Positions 29,319 to 44,097 are shown, numbered from the stretch's first letter. The stretch is 64,000 nt of DNA from an uncultured Alphaproteobacteria bacterium (GCA_944390195.1 CALXOZ010000007.1:18443-82442), one strand, 5' to 3'. Numbers and translations are program-made. The notes: generated by a model not told the origin, from the sequence alone.

Positions 29319-31505
29319 TTATGCGCTTTCCAAATATTCAGATAAAATTGTTTTCACATTGCCGTCATTAAATGTAACACGGGCACTGTCAGTATTGACG
29401 GCAATCACTTTGCCATATCCGTAACGGCTGTGATAAACTTCGGATCCCACTTGAAAGGTCGGTTTTTTGCAAGATCCCAAATAGCCGGATTTTTTATTTT
29501 TATAAAAGTAAGTATATTCTCCGTTTTGATAGGCGGTGTTTTCATCATATTTATAATTATATGAAGAAATGTTTTGCATTTCCGCGTGTTCGACAGGAAT
29601 TTCGGAAATAAAGCGGGAAGGAGGATTGTTTTGCCATTGGTTGTAAGTCCGTCTGGATCCGGCAAAGCTGATATACACGCGTTTTTTTGCGCGGGTCAAT
29701 CCGACATAAGCCAGCCGTCGTTCCTCTTCTAAAGCTTTCGAGCCGTTTTCATTCAAGGATTTTTGATGCGGGAAGACGCCTTCCTCCCAGCCCGGAAGAA
29801 AAACGCAGTCGAATTCCAATCCTTTTGCGGCGTGCAAGGTCATGACGGAAATATGATCTCCGGTCAATGCGGTGGTTTCGTTGTCCATGATCAAGCTGAC
29901 ATATTCAAGATAGTCATTAAATGTGTCATACTTTTCTTTAAATTCTCCGATCAATTCGCGTAAATTTTCCATGCGTCCTTCGGATTCTGGGCTTTTATCC
30001 TCTTTGCGCATCTGCATATAGCCGCTTTCTTCCAATATTTTGCATAATAGCTGATCTGCTGGCATCCGGCTTTGTTGCATGCGCCATTGATCATAAATAT
30101 TGAAAAACTGTTCCAGTTTTTTTTGAGAACTCCCTTTTAATTTTTTTTCTTTCAGCAAAGATTGAGCGGCTTCATATAAAGAAATCCGATTTTCAACAGC
30201 TTCTTTGCGGATTGTTTGCAAAGTCGCGTCTCCTATCCCGCGACGGGGTTTATTAATGATACGCGAAAAAGCCATGTCATCTTTAGGTTGGACAAGCAGG
30301 CGTATATAAGCTGTGGCATCCCTGATTTCCTCGCGTTCATAAAAACGCATGCCGGCAATGATTTTATAGGCGATTCCGTATTGCAGCAAAGCTTCCTCTA
30401 TGGCGCGTGTTTGGAAGCTGGCACGAACCAAAACCGCCATTTGAGATAAGGCTGTGCCTGAACGAAGTTCTTTTTCAATTTGTTCACAAATTTTACAAGC
30501 TTCGTCTTCGGCATTCCATACGCCTGTAATTTTTACTTTATCTCCGATTTCCTTTTCGCGTCCTTGCGCGGGGTGCAAAGTTTTTCCCAACCGGTTTTTG
30601 TTGTGGGCTATTAATCCCGAGGCGGCGGCTAAAATATGTGCCGTTGAACGATAATTGCTTTCAAGGCGGATTAAAGTGGCATTGGGAAAGTCTTTTTCAA
30701 ACCGTAGAATATTGCCGATTTCCGCTCCCCGCCAAGAATATATGGATTGATCATCGTCTCCGACGCAACAAATGTTTCCGTATCCGCCGGCAAGCAAACG
30801 CAACCACAGGTATTGTAAAACGTTGGTGTCTTGATATTCGTCAACCAAGATGTATTTGAACTGGTGACGGTATGAATTCAAAATTTCGGGATTGTTCTGA
30901 AACAGCTCCAAGCAATACAATAACAGATCTCCGAAATCAACCGCATTCATGGCTTTCAATCGTTCTTGGTATAAAGAATACAATTGTTTGACATGCAGAT
31001 TGACGGGAAACGAGGCAAAATCCGTTTTTTCAGCACTAAGCCCTTGGTCTTTCAATCGTTGTATCTGATCCAAGATGATGTTGGGCGGGTTGTCTTTCAA
31101 ATCAATGTGTTGATCAAGCATGATTTGTTTAACCAAGCGCTCCTGATCGGAAGCATCCAAAACGTTAAAGCCGGAAGATAAACCGACTTTTTCATAATAT
31201 TGGCGTAAAATACGCAACCCGATGCGATGAAACGTTCCCAACCATAAAAAACGGCTGTCTTCTCCGATCAATCCGGATAAGCGTTCTTGCATTTGTGTCG
31301 CGGCTTTATTGGTGAATGTTACCGCAAGGCATTGGAAAGGTCTGGCTTTTCCTGTTTGAATGATGTAGGCAAGACGGGCTGTCAAAACAGTTGTTTTGCC
31401 GGTTCCCGCGCCGGATAAGACCAAAACAGGACCTTCTGTCGTTTCAACCGCTTGGCGTTGTTCCGGATTTAATCGTGTCAGATCGAAAGAATGTTGCATA
31501 TTCAA
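29319..31505 (-). CDS. uvrD: UvrD/Rep-family DNA helicase II.
   Basis: 728 aa with Walker A LSGAGTGKTTVL, DEYQDTN and helicase motifs III-VI. TTG start at 31505, or ATG at 31499. Confidence 0.85.
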   Translation of the reverse strand: MNMQHSFDLTRLNPEQRQAVETTEGPVLVLSGAGTGKTTVLTARLAYIIQTGKARPFQCLAVTFTNKAATQMQERLSGLIGEDSRFLWLGTFHRIGLRILRQYYEKVGLSSGFNVLDASDQERLVKQIMLDQHIDLKDNPPNIILDQIQRLKDQGLSAEKTDFASFPVNLHVKQLYSLYQERLKAMNAVDFGDLLLYCLELFQNNPEILNSYRHQFKYILVDEYQDTNVLQYLWLRLLAGGYGNICCVGDDDQSIYSWRGAEIGNILRFEKDFPNATLIRLESNYRSTAHILAAASGLIAHNKNRLGKTLHPAQGREKEIGDKVKITGVWNAEDEACKICEQIEKELRSGTALSQMAVLVRASFQTRAIEEALLQYGIAYKIIAGMRFYEREEIRDATAYIRLLVQPKDDMAFSRIINKPRRGIGDATLQTIRKEAVENRISLYEAAQSLLKEKKLKGSSQKKLEQFFNIYDQWRMQQSRMPADQLLCKILEESGYMQMRKEDKSPESEGRMENLRELIGEFKEKYDTFNDYLEYVSLIMDNETTALTGDHISVMTLHAAKGLEFDCVFLPGWEEGVFPHQKSLNENGSKALEEERRLAYVGLTRAKKRVYISFAGSRRTYNQWQNNPPSRFISEIPVEHAEMQNISSYNYKYDENTAYQNGEYTYFYKNKKSGYLGSCKKPTFQVGSEVYHSRYGYGKVIAVNTDSARVTFNDGNVKTILSEYLESA

Positions 31506-31641
31506 GCCTTCGTTGTTTTTTTTGTTTTACTCTGAAACGGGGGGAAATTTCAAGTATGGAAAAGTTTTGTTTTTCTGTAACGTTTCAGAACTTTTGAAAC
31601 AATGGAAAAATAACGGATGATCCTGTTAAAACGGGGCAATT

Positions 31642-31674
31642 AAAAAAATCCCCTTCTTGAATGAAAAGAAGGGG
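31642..31674 (-). terminator. Intrinsic terminator of ppiD.
   Basis: On the minus strand, the CCCCTTCTT / AAGAAGGGG stem with a 7-nt loop is followed by a 7-T run. It lies 10 nt after the ppiD stop. Confidence 0.65.
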
Positions 31675-31683
31675 AAAGGGGGA

Positions 31684-33591
31684 TCAATAATCCGTTTCGT
31701 TATCTTGTATCGTTTTAGTTAGATAAGAAAATGCCTTTTGAGCTGTGTTTTCATAGACCTTCAAGTTTAAATAGGACGCAAAATCGGATAAAAGGGCGTC
31801 TGATTTTTCATTGGCGGTTTGTTCTTGCATCAAACGGCGCAATTCGGTTATTCCCAGCTTGTCTTTTTCAGGATCGGCGGGGGTGATATCGACGGTTTTT
31901 ATAACAAGGTATTCAGCAGGGTCTGAAACGGTAATGATTTCAGTTGTCGGTTTGTTAAACAACTGATATGTCGCTCCTGGCGGCAATTGGTTGCCATAGC
32001 GTGTCAAATCTTTGATCCTCTTATGGGCAATTCCCGTTTTTTTGGAAACGGTTGCTACGGAAGCACCTTTTTCCAATTCTTCTTTTATTGTTTTTGAAAT
32101 TTGTTCGGCTTTTTCTTTTTGCTTTTGAATTTTCCAAGCTTCATTGATTTCTTTTTGAGCTTTTTCAATGGGTCTTAATGCAGGTTCCCTGATGTCGTCG
32201 ACACGCAGGACAAAATAATCCGATCCGTCTTCGATCATCGGGGATTCACGCCCCGGATCACTGACGAAAGCCGTAGCTAAAACGGTTTTAGAAACAGAGA
32301 CGGCTTGATTGTTTTCATTTTTCCCGCTGGGATCGACCAAGGTATAGGTTTTTACAGGGTAGCCGGTGGATTTCGCAATTTCTTCAATTGTTTCTCCGGC
32401 TCCGAAACGGTCGTCCAAAGCGACGACGGTTTCCGACAAGGTATCGTAAGCCATTGTGTCGATCATTTTTTGTTCGATTTCATCGCGGACTTCGTTGAAT
32501 TGTTTTTCAACACGCGGCGTGATTTTGTTGACACGCAAAATTTGCCAGCCGAAAGCGGTTTGAACTGGACCGACAAAATCTCCTTTTTTAGCGGCAAAAA
32601 CGACTTCCGACCAATCTCCCGTCGCCGTCGACGGGGTCAGTTCGCCCAACTTTGTTTGTTCTTCCGTCTGGTTTGCAAATTTTTTTGCGACATCCATGAA
32701 ATCTTGTCCGTCTTGTAAGGCATTGTAGGCTTTATCCGCTTCCTCTTTTGTCGTAAAGAGCATTTGATCAATGTCGCGGATTTCTTCTATGGCATAGGAA
32801 TCCTTGTTTTCGTTATAGATTTCCAACAGTTCTTCGTCAGAGATTTTAATCTTTTTCGCGACATCTTCCAATGTCAGATGCAATACCGTAAAAGTCCTGT
32901 ATTCAGGAGCCATTAATTGATCGGATAATGTTTTATAAATTTGTTCTTTTTCTTCTTTAGACGGTTTTTGCGTGATTTTTAAATCTTCCGGTTTGATGCT
33001 GAAAACATCGGCGGTGCGTTTTTCATTTTTCAAGCTGTATTTCGTTTCCACCAGCTTTGCCGGCTGAATGGAAACCGTTTGAGCCGCTCCGGTCAGTTGT
33101 TGAGCTTTCAAATCTAAAAAAGTGTCATGGATAAAGCGATTTTCGGTCATTCCCATGTCGCTGAGATATTCTTTATAAGCTTTCAGACTGAAAGAACCGT
33201 CGTAATCCGTAAAAACGGGCATATTTGAAATGGCTTGACGGACAGCTTCATCAGAAACGGCCAAATGTAAATCGTCCACAGCCGATTGCATGACGGCTTG
33301 AGAAATCATCTGGCTGAACAAAGAAAAAAGCATGCCGGATTCCAAGGCGTCTTGCACGTTGAAAGGTTTTTGCAAAATACGGCTCATGGAACGAACTTGA
33401 TGATCGAACTCGTCGATGTACTGAGCAACCGTAATCTTTTGACCTTTCAATTCGGCTACAGCCTTTCCTTCATCGGGAATTTTTGTTAAAAACCGATTCG
33501 AACCAAACAATGAAATAAAGCTTAATGCCGTTAAAATTAAAATGCCTTTGACCAACCAGCTGTTTTTTTGGTCGCGAAAAAATTTTAACAT
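31684..33591 (-). CDS. ppiD: Periplasmic chaperone / peptidyl-prolyl isomerase PpiD.
   Basis: 635 aa. The N-terminal single TM (MLKFFRDQKNSWLVKGILILTALSFISLFG) is typical of PpiD. SurA-like and parvulin-like regions follow. Confidence 0.75.
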   Translation of the reverse strand: MLKFFRDQKNSWLVKGILILTALSFISLFGSNRFLTKIPDEGKAVAELKGQKITVAQYIDEFDHQVRSMSRILQKPFNVQDALESGMLFSLFSQMISQAVMQSAVDDLHLAVSDEAVRQAISNMPVFTDYDGSFSLKAYKEYLSDMGMTENRFIHDTFLDLKAQQLTGAAQTVSIQPAKLVETKYSLKNEKRTADVFSIKPEDLKITQKPSKEEKEQIYKTLSDQLMAPEYRTFTVLHLTLEDVAKKIKISDEELLEIYNENKDSYAIEEIRDIDQMLFTTKEEADKAYNALQDGQDFMDVAKKFANQTEEQTKLGELTPSTATGDWSEVVFAAKKGDFVGPVQTAFGWQILRVNKITPRVEKQFNEVRDEIEQKMIDTMAYDTLSETVVALDDRFGAGETIEEIAKSTGYPVKTYTLVDPSGKNENNQAVSVSKTVLATAFVSDPGRESPMIEDGSDYFVLRVDDIREPALRPIEKAQKEINEAWKIQKQKEKAEQISKTIKEELEKGASVATVSKKTGIAHKRIKDLTRYGNQLPPGATYQLFNKPTTEIITVSDPAEYLVIKTVDITPADPEKDKLGITELRRLMQEQTANEKSDALLSDFASYLNLKVYENTAQKAFSYLTKTIQDNETDY

Positions 33592-33774
33592 ATCCGGATC
33601 CTCTGTTAGGAAAGTTGTAAGAACGCAAAAATAATAAAGATATGAAATTATTCTTGCAACAGCCTTTTTCTAAAAAAAGCTTAAAAAAGCAAATAAATGT
33701 TTTTTTCGATGCGGTGTTGTGTTAAACCTTGATGAAATTTGTTGAAACGTTTTTCGTATTGAGGAGAATATAAC

Positions 33775-34530
33775 ATGCAAAGGCGTCCTTTAATTGCCGG
33801 AAATTGGAAGATGAATTGTCTGAAAGAGGAAGCATACGCTTTGGCGAAAGGGGTCGCAGAAAAATATGCGGCTTGCACGGATCCCGAATGCGATGTGCTG
33901 GTTTGTCCGCCCGCAATCTGGATTTTGCCTGTCGTTGATGCTGTTAAGGGGCGCGTTGCCGTCGGTGCCCAAGATGCGCACGCTGCAAAGTCGGGAGCCC
34001 ATACGGGGGATGTCAGTGTTCCCATGATCAAAGATGCCGGCGCTCGTTTTGTCATTGTAGGGCATTCGGAACGCCGCGCGGATCACCATGAAACGGACGC
34101 CGATGTGAAAGCGAAGGCCAAAGCCGTTATTGCCGACGGATTGACGGCTGTTATTTGTATCGGTGAAACTCAAGATCAACGGGATGCGGGAAAAACAATT
34201 GATGTTTGCCGCACCCAGATACAAGGTTCCGTTCCAGAAGAAGCAAATGCTCAAAACGTTGTTATTGCTTATGAACCGGTTTGGGCTATCGGTACGGGGC
34301 GTACGCCGACAACAAAAGATGTTGAAGAGGTTCATGCGGCTGTTCGTGCTGAAATCGCGGCAAAGTTGGGACAGAAAGTTGCCGAAGAAATGCGCATCTT
34401 ATATGGCGGTTCCGTGAAACCTTCCAATGCCAAAGAATTAATGGCTCTGCAAGATGTTGATGGCGCTCTTGTCGGAGGGGCAAGTTTGAAAGTCGACGAT
34501 TTTTGGGCTATTGTCGAAACCTGTTTATAA
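33775..34530 (+). CDS. tpiA: Triosephosphate isomerase.
   Basis: 251 aa. PLIAGNWKMN, IVGHSERR, YEPVWAIGTG and YGGSV are classic TIM motifs. GAGGAG SD. Confidence 0.9.
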   Translation: MQRRPLIAGNWKMNCLKEEAYALAKGVAEKYAACTDPECDVLVCPPAIWILPVVDAVKGRVAVGAQDAHAAKSGAHTGDVSVPMIKDAGARFVIVGHSERRADHHETDADVKAKAKAVIADGLTAVICIGETQDQRDAGKTIDVCRTQIQGSVPEEANAQNVVIAYEPVWAIGTGRTPTTKDVEEVHAAVRAEIAAKLGQKVAEEMRILYGGSVKPSNAKELMALQDVDGALVGGASLKVDDFWAIVETCL

Positions 34531-34551
34531 TTCTGAAAGAAAGAAAAAGGT

Positions 34552-34878
34552 ATGCATACATTTATTCTGGTTGTTCACGTTATTCTGGCTGTCTGTCTGG
34601 TATGTGTGATTTTAATGCAACGATCCGAAGGCGGGGCTCTTGGCGGTCTTGGCGGCGGCATGGGAAGCTTTATGACGGGAAGGTCGGTCGGAAACATCTT
34701 GACTCGCACAACGGCAATTCTGGCAACTTGTTTTATGGTTACCAGCCTGACTCTGGCAATTATGAGTAAAGGCGAAGCTGCTAAAGCACAAAAGTCTTTT
34801 ATGGAAGAAAAGCCTGCTGTCGTTGAAACAGAAGCGAATGCAACCAAAGAGCCGGTCGTTCCGGTTTCTTCCAAATAA
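34552..34878 (+). CDS. secG: Preprotein translocase subunit SecG.
   Basis: 108 aa. Two TM segments with the [15 protein letters not shown] Gly-rich loop typical of SecG. Immediately downstream of tpiA. Confidence 0.8.
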   Translation: MHTFILVVHVILAVCLVCVILMQRSEGGALGGLGGGMGSFMTGRSVGNILTRTTAILATCFMVTSLTLAIMSKGEAAKAQKSFMEEKPAVVETEANATKEPVVPVSSK

Positions 34879-34894
34879 ACAGAAAATCGGAAAT

Positions 34895-34927
34895 AAAAAC
34901 GGGAACATTTTGTTCCCGTTTTTTTAT
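34895..34927 (+). terminator. Intrinsic terminator after secG.
   Basis: ACGGGAAC-atttt-GTTCCCGT stem followed by TTTTTTT. A second T-run follows at 34938-34947. Confidence 0.7.
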
Positions 34928-35036
34928 GTATGATTCCCGTTTTTTTTACGGATTGATAAAATTTCTTTGGAAAGATAAAATTTTCCGATTAAAATGTTTT
35001 GTTAAATTAGTCTATTGTTCCTTTAGGAGAAATTTT

Positions 35037-37194
<2,158 letters not shown>

Positions 37195-37212
37195 TATTGC
37201 CACAAATTCCAT

Positions 37213-37244
37213 AAAAACAGAGAGGGGAGCCTCTCTGTTTTTTT
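37213..37244 (+). terminator. Intrinsic terminator after eno.
   Basis: CAGAGAGG-ggag-CCTCTCTG stem followed by a 7-T run, 19 nt after the stop. An A-run precedes it, so it could act bidirectionally. Confidence 0.8.
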
Positions 37245-37845
37245 ATGGGGAAGATATGGTCTTTCCTTGTTTTGCAAAAACAGACAAGTGATCCTTGCTT
37301 GTTGAAGATAAATAAAATGTCGTAACAGACGAAGCCTGAAAACGGAAAGCGGATTATTTATAAGGCAAAAAAATACTTGGAAAAATCTTTTTATTTGAAG
37401 TTATTTAAAATCATATTTTATGGATCGTTAAATGCGAATAGAATTCAATTTGTTAAATATTATAAGTTTGAAATTTATGGATACGAGAATTGTTGTTTAT
37501 CTTATGAATTTATAGAAGCCTGTTATTTTTGTTTTGAAATTTTTTATGGTAAGAGGCTTTTATAAATGTTCTAAAAAATCCGGAATTGAAGTGGGACGAA
37601 GAAAGGCGGCTTATTTTGAAATGTTTCTCTTGTTTGCTCCTGTTACTTAAGTTTTGATGCAGTGATCTTATTTGAAAATTAAAGGTTTTTCAAAAACTTT
37701 CTGGTTGCCCTTTTTCCTCCGACGGAAATTCTTGCCGGATTGGAACAAAGAGGTGTCTTTGTGTTTTTTGTAGAATATCATCAATTTTTTATGATTGGAA
37801 AAATGATTAAAAGGCGGGGCGATAATTTAAAAGCGCTCCGGAAAC

Positions 37846-37870
37846 GGGTGGAGAGGGGGAGGGAGAGGGG
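37846..37870 (+). repeat. G-rich tract matching a canonical G-quadruplex motif (GGG-N6-GGGGG-N1-GGG-N3-GGGG).
   Basis: GGGTGGAGAGGGGGAGGGAGAGGGG is conspicuous within a roughly 900-bp AT-rich non-coding region. Confidence 0.5.
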
Positions 37871-38097
37871 AGTTTGGAAAGGCCGTCCGTTATCATATTA
37901 CAACTGAGAATTGGAATGGAGTGTGTTATAGGCTTATTATGGAAAAGTTTTAAAAGAAAATGAAATATTCGGAGAAAAACGTCAAAATCATTTAAAAATC
38001 TTTTTGTTTTTTCCGGTTGATATTAGTCTTATGGCATATGTTGCAGTTCTTTTGAACTGTTTTGAAAAGCAATGGGTGTTACACAGTCTGTTTGGCA

Positions 38098-38124
38098 TGA
38101 AAAATCCCGCATTTTATGCGGGAT
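38098..38124 (-). terminator. Intrinsic terminator of the 38150-38602 lipoprotein gene.
   Basis: Minus-strand ATCCCGCAT-aaa-ATGCGGGAT stem followed by TTTTTC, 26 nt after the stop. Confidence 0.65.
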
Positions 38125-38149
38125 CTCTTTTCGGTAATTGAATGAAAAT

Positions 38150-38602
38150 CTATTCTTCGCTGAAAATACGATAAGCCTCTGCCGGATCGTCAGTGTCCTG
38201 TACTTTCAAGTCCATCGGGCAAAGTCCAGTTTTCGTCCGGTTGAGTATATTATCCAATACTTGGTCGGCGCTGTATTTTATACCATATTTTTCATAGATT
38301 TTAATTGCCGGCTTAGATATGACCGGTGTGTAAACTTCTTTGACTTGTCCGTAGACGTGTAATAACGCTGATGCTTTTCCAACAATGCGGTCTGCGACAA
38401 AAGCGTCTTTGAACGTGCCGTCATTCAAACGGATTAATAAAGGATCAAGGCCTCTTTCATCATAAAATGTTGTTTTTCCGTCTTTATATACGATAAGGGT
38501 ATGTTCCTTTAACTGATTACGAAGGAAATCCGTGTCAGGACGTTTTGACATTGAACAAGCTATTAATAAAATAGTCATCAAGCCGATAAAAAAAGATTTC
38601 AT
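38150..38602 (-). CDS. Hypothetical lipoprotein.
   Basis: 150 aa. Signal peptide plus lipobox LIACS. No family recognised. It has its own terminator and is flanked by long non-coding DNA. Confidence 0.5.
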   Translation of the reverse strand: MKSFFIGLMTILLIACSMSKRPDTDFLRNQLKEHTLIVYKDGKTTFYDERGLDPLLIRLNDGTFKDAFVADRIVGKASALLHVYGQVKEVYTPVISKPAIKIYEKYGIKYSADQVLDNILNRTKTGLCPMDLKVQDTDDPAEAYRIFSEE

Positions 38603-39090
38603 AATATCAACTCCATAAAAAAGGACATTAGAGAATACAAACCTAAAAAAGTTTTAAGTCAATACAAAAAAGTACATATTTTAAAGGTTTTTTTTACTGT
38701 TGAAAATCTGTTTTACGGATTTATGTAACAGAATAAAGAAAAAGCTATTTTAATCATTGTATGACAATAATGTAGAGACTGATTGATTTGCCATAAAGCG
38801 AAGGGGAAACATAATCTGAAAGAAGGGAAAAAGAAGTCTGTTTATGAAAGATTTCTTCGCCTATTTCCAGTTTTTAAGGTTAATAAAGGTATAAAATGAG
38901 TATAAAGAAGCTAGTTATAAATTTTAATTTTTTATAATATTGTCATCTTTAGCCTTAAAAAATCAATTTGATATAAAGCACTTTGTGGATTTCCATTCAT
39001 TTTTAAAAATCAGGAATGCATTGAAAATATTATTGAATTTTTGTGTGGGCAATGTCATTCAGTTAAAAAAATCTGTCATACGAAAAACGG

Positions 39091-39275
39091 TTTTTCATAT
39101 ATTTATTGGTCTGTATTTTTTGTTGCCGGTTTTATGGTAAAAATTGAACGCCTATGATAGGCATGACAACACGATCGTCTTTAAGCTGATTTAATTGTAG
39201 GAAATTGTTCTGTCATGTATTGGTGAATGTTAAAAATATAAAATAATACAGGATCATCTTTAAAGATGCTTTTTT
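39091..39275 (+). repeat. Copy 1 of a dispersed composite non-coding element, ending in palindrome plus T-run. Candidate sRNA or MITE-like repeat.
   Basis: Three blocks are nearly identical to the reverse complement of 49554-49681. Block A (39091-39134) is TTTTTCATATATTTATTGGTCTGTATTTTTTGTTGCCGGTTTTA. Block B (39215-39237) is ATGTATTGGTGAATGTTAAAAAT. Block C (39252-39275) is GATCATCTTTAAAGATGCTTTTTT. Copy 1 carries an extra 80-bp insert between blocks A and B. Confidence 0.6.
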
Positions 39276-39892
39276 AACAAAATATCCCAAGCTCAAAGCG
39301 AGAGACGCTTTTTATTTCCGTTCAGTCTGGCGGAGTGGCAACCTCTTTGGAGTTTGAACCGCAGGCACGATTTAAAAGACGCTTTCTTAACAAGTGTCTC
39401 CAACACAAGTTTACATCCATACTTTTCTTACATATATGGATATCACCGTATTTTTCTGTAAATCCCCCGTACTCCCATAAACCGGAAATTACCTTATTTA
39501 TCCGACTTTTCATTCCTCATTTTTCCCAAAAACGATCGAACAGAACGCGTTTAATAAATCACAACCGCTTAAAAAAGATGTGCTCGCCGCCTCACTGGGC
39601 TAAACAACCTCTCCATAAACATCAAAAAAACAAAATATACAAAATACTTTATCCCATTAATCTCAGAGAATATTTTCTCTCGATCATTCAATAAACAGGA
39701 ATATACCTAACCACTAAAACACTTCACACTCTTTCACAGGCAATACAAAAAAATGTTTTCTATTCTTTTTTATAAAAAACATCTCATCTCTGTTCATTCC
39801 TACTAAAAAAACATACCTAAGCTCATTCCTAAAAAATAAGGGCGAATCCTGTGAAACTTTTTTATTCTATAAAACCGCAGAATTGTTTTTCA

Positions 39893-39925
39893 CAAAAAAA
39901 ATCCTCCAAGACAGGAGGATTTTTC
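39893..39925 (-). terminator. Intrinsic (bidirectional) terminator, about 200 nt downstream of the pmm-like gene.
   Basis: AAAAAAATCCTCC-aagaca-GGAGGATTTTT. The 7-8 bp GC-containing stem has an A-run on one side and a T-run on the other. Confidence 0.55.
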
Positions 39926-40077
39926 GTTTTACGGATATAAAAAAACATTTAAGCCTTTTGAAATGATGAGTTATAGCCCACTTCTTTTATTGTTTCAAAA
40001 GATAAATATCTTTGCCAGTACTTTAAAAGACATATATCAAATGTAAATCTTTTAAATTTATTCTAGAATAAAGACAA

Positions 40078-40123
40078 AATATGGCAAAAATATGGTTTGA
40101 ATTATGGCGAATTATGGCAAGGA
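40078..40123. repeat. Iteron-like direct repeats (A/T)TATGGC(A/G)A, four copies at about 10-14 bp spacing.
   Basis: aaatATGGCAAAaatATGGtttgaaTTATGGCGAaTTATGGCAAgg, immediately 3' of the pmm stop (40132). Confidence 0.4.
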
Positions 40124-40131
40124 AGCCTTAT

Positions 40132-43159
<3,028 letters not shown>

Positions 43160-43290
43160 CTAAGAACTTTTAATAAGAATCATTGTTTAAGAATCATCTG
43201 AAAAATACTTTGTAACAGGATTACGAATCCGAGCCCGTCTGTCAAGAAAAGCTTGTTTTTAGCTTGTTTTATGCGGTATTAAAGCCGGTC

Positions 43291-44097
43291 TTACGAAGAG
43301 ATGTCTTCTCCTATTGCCTGCAAAATGGCGCGTAATTCTTGTCTTGCTGCGATGTGAGGCATTGACATTGAGATTCCCACCTTGGGTTTTCCGACATCAA
43401 GAAGCGTCAATCCTTTTAAAAAAAGTTCTCTGAACACGACCCGTTCCCCCAATCCGGACAAAGCTGTAAAATTGATTCTTTTACCCAAGGCTTCCAGCAA
43501 CTTCCAAATCAATTTTTCATTTCGTGTCGAAACATGCATCATACGGTTGCGCAAAACGAACCATCTTGTTTGAGGCTTTTTTTGCGAAGCGCGTTGTTGG
43601 CGTGCCTGCCAAACGGTTTGAGCATAATGTGCCGGAGATTTGATCGTCAGTGTTTCCGGTTCGATTTGAGCCAGAACATCCAAATCAATCAGACTGTCGT
43701 TCAACGGTGTAATCAAAACGTCTGCGACAACATGAGCCAAACGGAACAAATAGCTGTCTGCCCCCGGTGTGTCGATGATGATCACATCGTTTTCTTTTTG
43801 CAATTTGTCCAGTTGTTTTATAAAAGCGTCTTCATCTTCTTTTCTTTGTTGGGGATCGGGGTTTGCGCGCACAGTTACACTAAGGTGTACGGGCAGTTCC
43901 AAAGCGACATGATGCAATTCGGCATAATCCGCCCTGTTTTGAATATAATGAGTCAACGTCCCTTGACGCCCGTCCAGATCAATTGAAGCGACCGTCTTTT
44001 TTTGATGTAGCAACCAAGCTATCAAATGCATTGCCAACGTTGATTTTCCGGTACCGCCTTTTTCGTTACCGATTACAATTATTTTCCCTTTCGGCAT
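43291..44097 (-). CDS. mipZ: ParA/MinD-superfamily ATPase of the MipZ type (division-site positioning).
   Basis: Track ORF runs to 44145. The ATG at 44097 (MPKGKIIVIGNEKGGTGKSTLAMHL) gives a deviant Walker A GNEKGGxGKST, which is characteristic of MipZ rather than ParA (KGGVGKTT). About 268 aa. Confidence 0.7.
   Translation of the reverse strand: MPKGKIIVIGNEKGGTGKSTLAMHLIAWLLHQKKTVASIDLDGRQGTLTHYIQNRADYAELHHVALELPVHLSVTVRANPDPQQRKEDEDAFIKQLDKLQKENDVIIIDTPGADSYLFRLAHVVADVLITPLNDSLIDLDVLAQIEPETLTIKSPAHYAQTVWQARQQRASQKKPQTRWFVLRNRMMHVSTRNEKLIWKLLEALGKRINFTALSGLGERVVFRELFLKGLTLLDVGKPKVGISMSMPHIAARQELRAILQAIGEDISS

Noticed and set aside
34926-35036. 5' extension of the kdsA ORF in the track
   Set aside because: The extension overlaps the secG terminator, and its encoded residues are not KdsA-like. 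The ATG at 35037 has a strong SD, and the protein then starts at the conserved KdsA N-terminus.
39320-39370. tRNA-like or T-arm-like sequence GGAGTTTGAACCGCAGG
   Set aside because: No acceptor/T-stem complementarity, no GTTCGAATC-type T-loop and no CCA context. It does not fold as a cloverleaf by eye.
39335-39694. 119-aa ORF in the AT-rich island
   Set aside because: Low-complexity sequence with no RBS. It spans degenerate repeat units and is likely non-coding.
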